From Escherichia coli (GTDB taxonomy: Bacteria > Pseudomonadota > Gammaproteobacteria > Enterobacterales > Enterobacteriaceae): 202 bases of DNA. This document shows positions 1-202 of the stretch, one piece after another. Below the pieces are notes generated by a model, which ran no database searches, was not told the DNA's origin, and worked only from the letters and a program-made list of their open reading frames with translations. A program made the position numbers and the translations under genes. The stretch lies in NCBI RefSeq assembly GCF_003334385.1, contig NZ_QOWN01000231.1. One strand, given 5' to 3'. The first letter of the stretch is position 1. Each line of letters opens with the position of its first letter.

Positions 1-119
1 TTACAGAAAAAATACCGCTCACCGCCCTGTACCGTCAGGTCGATTTCCCAGAGCACCACCCGCGGTGACTGCTCTGACTTAACCGACTCGTTCAGACTTT
101 CTTCGTGAATATCCTGCAT
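1..119 (-). CDS. L: Phage tail tip / minor tail protein L (lambda gpL family), 5' partial: start codon plus first 39 codons, gene continues beyond window position 1
   Basis: Minus-strand translation from the ATG (read from 119 down to 117) gives MQDIHEESLNESVKSEQSPRVVLWEIDLTVQGGERYFFC with no stop down to position 3; positions 2-1 are the first two bases (AA) of codon 40. This closely resembles the N-terminus of lambda L as I recall it (MQDI...EQS..VVLWEIDLT..GGERYFFCN). It is the first ATG after an in-frame stop (TGA, plus 135-137), with an AGGTGG Shine-Dalgarno 7 nt upstream. All three plus-strand frames have stops inside this interval (106-108, 80-82, 66-68). Confidence 0.85.
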   Translation of the reverse strand, partial: MQDIHEESLNESVKSEQSPRVVLWEIDLTVQGGERYFFC

Positions 120-202
120 CAGTTCACCACCTGCTCAATCGTACAACTGAAATCACTGTACCTGGCGTTATCTGTGACGCTCCACTCCCGGCACACCACC
201 CT
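119..202 (-). CDS. M: Phage minor tail protein M (lambda gpM family), 3' partial: last 27 codons plus TGA stop at 119-121; gene begins beyond window position 202
   Basis: The minus-strand frame ending at TGA (plus 119-121) is open to the window edge and translates as RVVCREWSVTDNARYSDFSCTIEQVVN*. The ...EQVVN* ending and the Cys/Trp-containing stretch before it resemble the lambda M C-terminus as I recall it (...KVTCAKWSSRVSMLRVEFSAEFEQVVN*). Its position immediately upstream of L, with a TGATG stop/start overlap, matches the lambda M-L arrangement. Confidence 0.8.
   Translation of the reverse strand, partial: RVVCREWSVTDNARYSDFSCTIEQVVN
127..132 (-). promoter_or_regulatory. Shine-Dalgarno (AGGTGG on minus strand) for gene L, embedded in the last codons of M
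   Basis: Plus strand 127-132 is ccacct, which is AGGTGG on the minus strand, followed by a 7-nt spacer (TGAACTG) before the L ATG. This is a good match to the anti-SD complement at typical spacing, consistent with translational coupling to M. Confidence 0.55.

Noticed and set aside
1-3. Window begins with tta, which is TAA on the minus strand and could be read as the stop codon of a minus-strand gene
   Set aside because: It is out of frame with the L ORF: the minus strand reads TTC TGT AA, so the TAA spans a codon boundary (Cys codon plus the first two bases of the next codon). The L frame remains open to the window edge.
5-14. A6 homopolymer on the plus strand (T6 on the minus strand, TATTTTTTC) as a possible slippery site for programmed frameshifting or phase variation
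   Set aside because: The run encodes the conserved Tyr-Phe-Phe of the GGERYFFC motif, and as far as I recall the same run is present in lambda L. The known lambdoid tail frameshift lies in the G/T chaperone genes upstream of H, not in L. There is no downstream stimulatory structure or alternative frame continuation visible in the window.
57-67. Short palindrome caccCGCggtg (4-bp stem, 3-nt loop), containing a CCGCGG site at 59-64
   Set aside because: The stem is too short to be a credible terminator or regulatory hairpin, there is no adjacent U-tract, and it lies inside the L coding sequence.
56-134. Possible Chi recombination hotspots
   Set aside because: Neither GCTGGTGG nor its complement CCACCAGC is present exactly on either strand; there are only single-mismatch variants, whose activity cannot be assumed.
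109-202. Plus-strand open frame from about 109 to 202 with no stop
   Set aside because: It contains no ATG and has no ribosome-binding site; it is antisense to the well-supported M coding frame and is best explained as a shadow ORF.
1-202. Prompted possibility of a novel defence or accessory system in the window
   Set aside because: The whole 202 bp is accounted for by two overlapping, well-conserved phage tail structural genes on one strand. There is no intergenic space, no unexplained ORF, no repeat array and no compositional break that could hold an additional system.

Overview
The window is the junction between two lambdoid phage tail genes, both on the minus strand, and I see nothing that suggests a novel system. 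Positions 119-202 hold the 3' end of a minor tail protein M homolog (last 27 codons plus a TGA stop). Positions 1-119 hold the 5' end of a tail tip protein L homolog (first 39 codons, running off the window at position 1). The M stop and L start overlap as TGATG, with an AGGTGG Shine-Dalgarno for L embedded in the end of M, as in phage lambda. No plus-strand frame is convincingly coding, and I see no RNA genes, CRISPR repeats, mobile element ends, promoters or terminators. The most likely source is a lambdoid prophage or phage of an enterobacterial host; that attribution and the lambda comparisons rest on my memory of the lambda sequences, not on a search.
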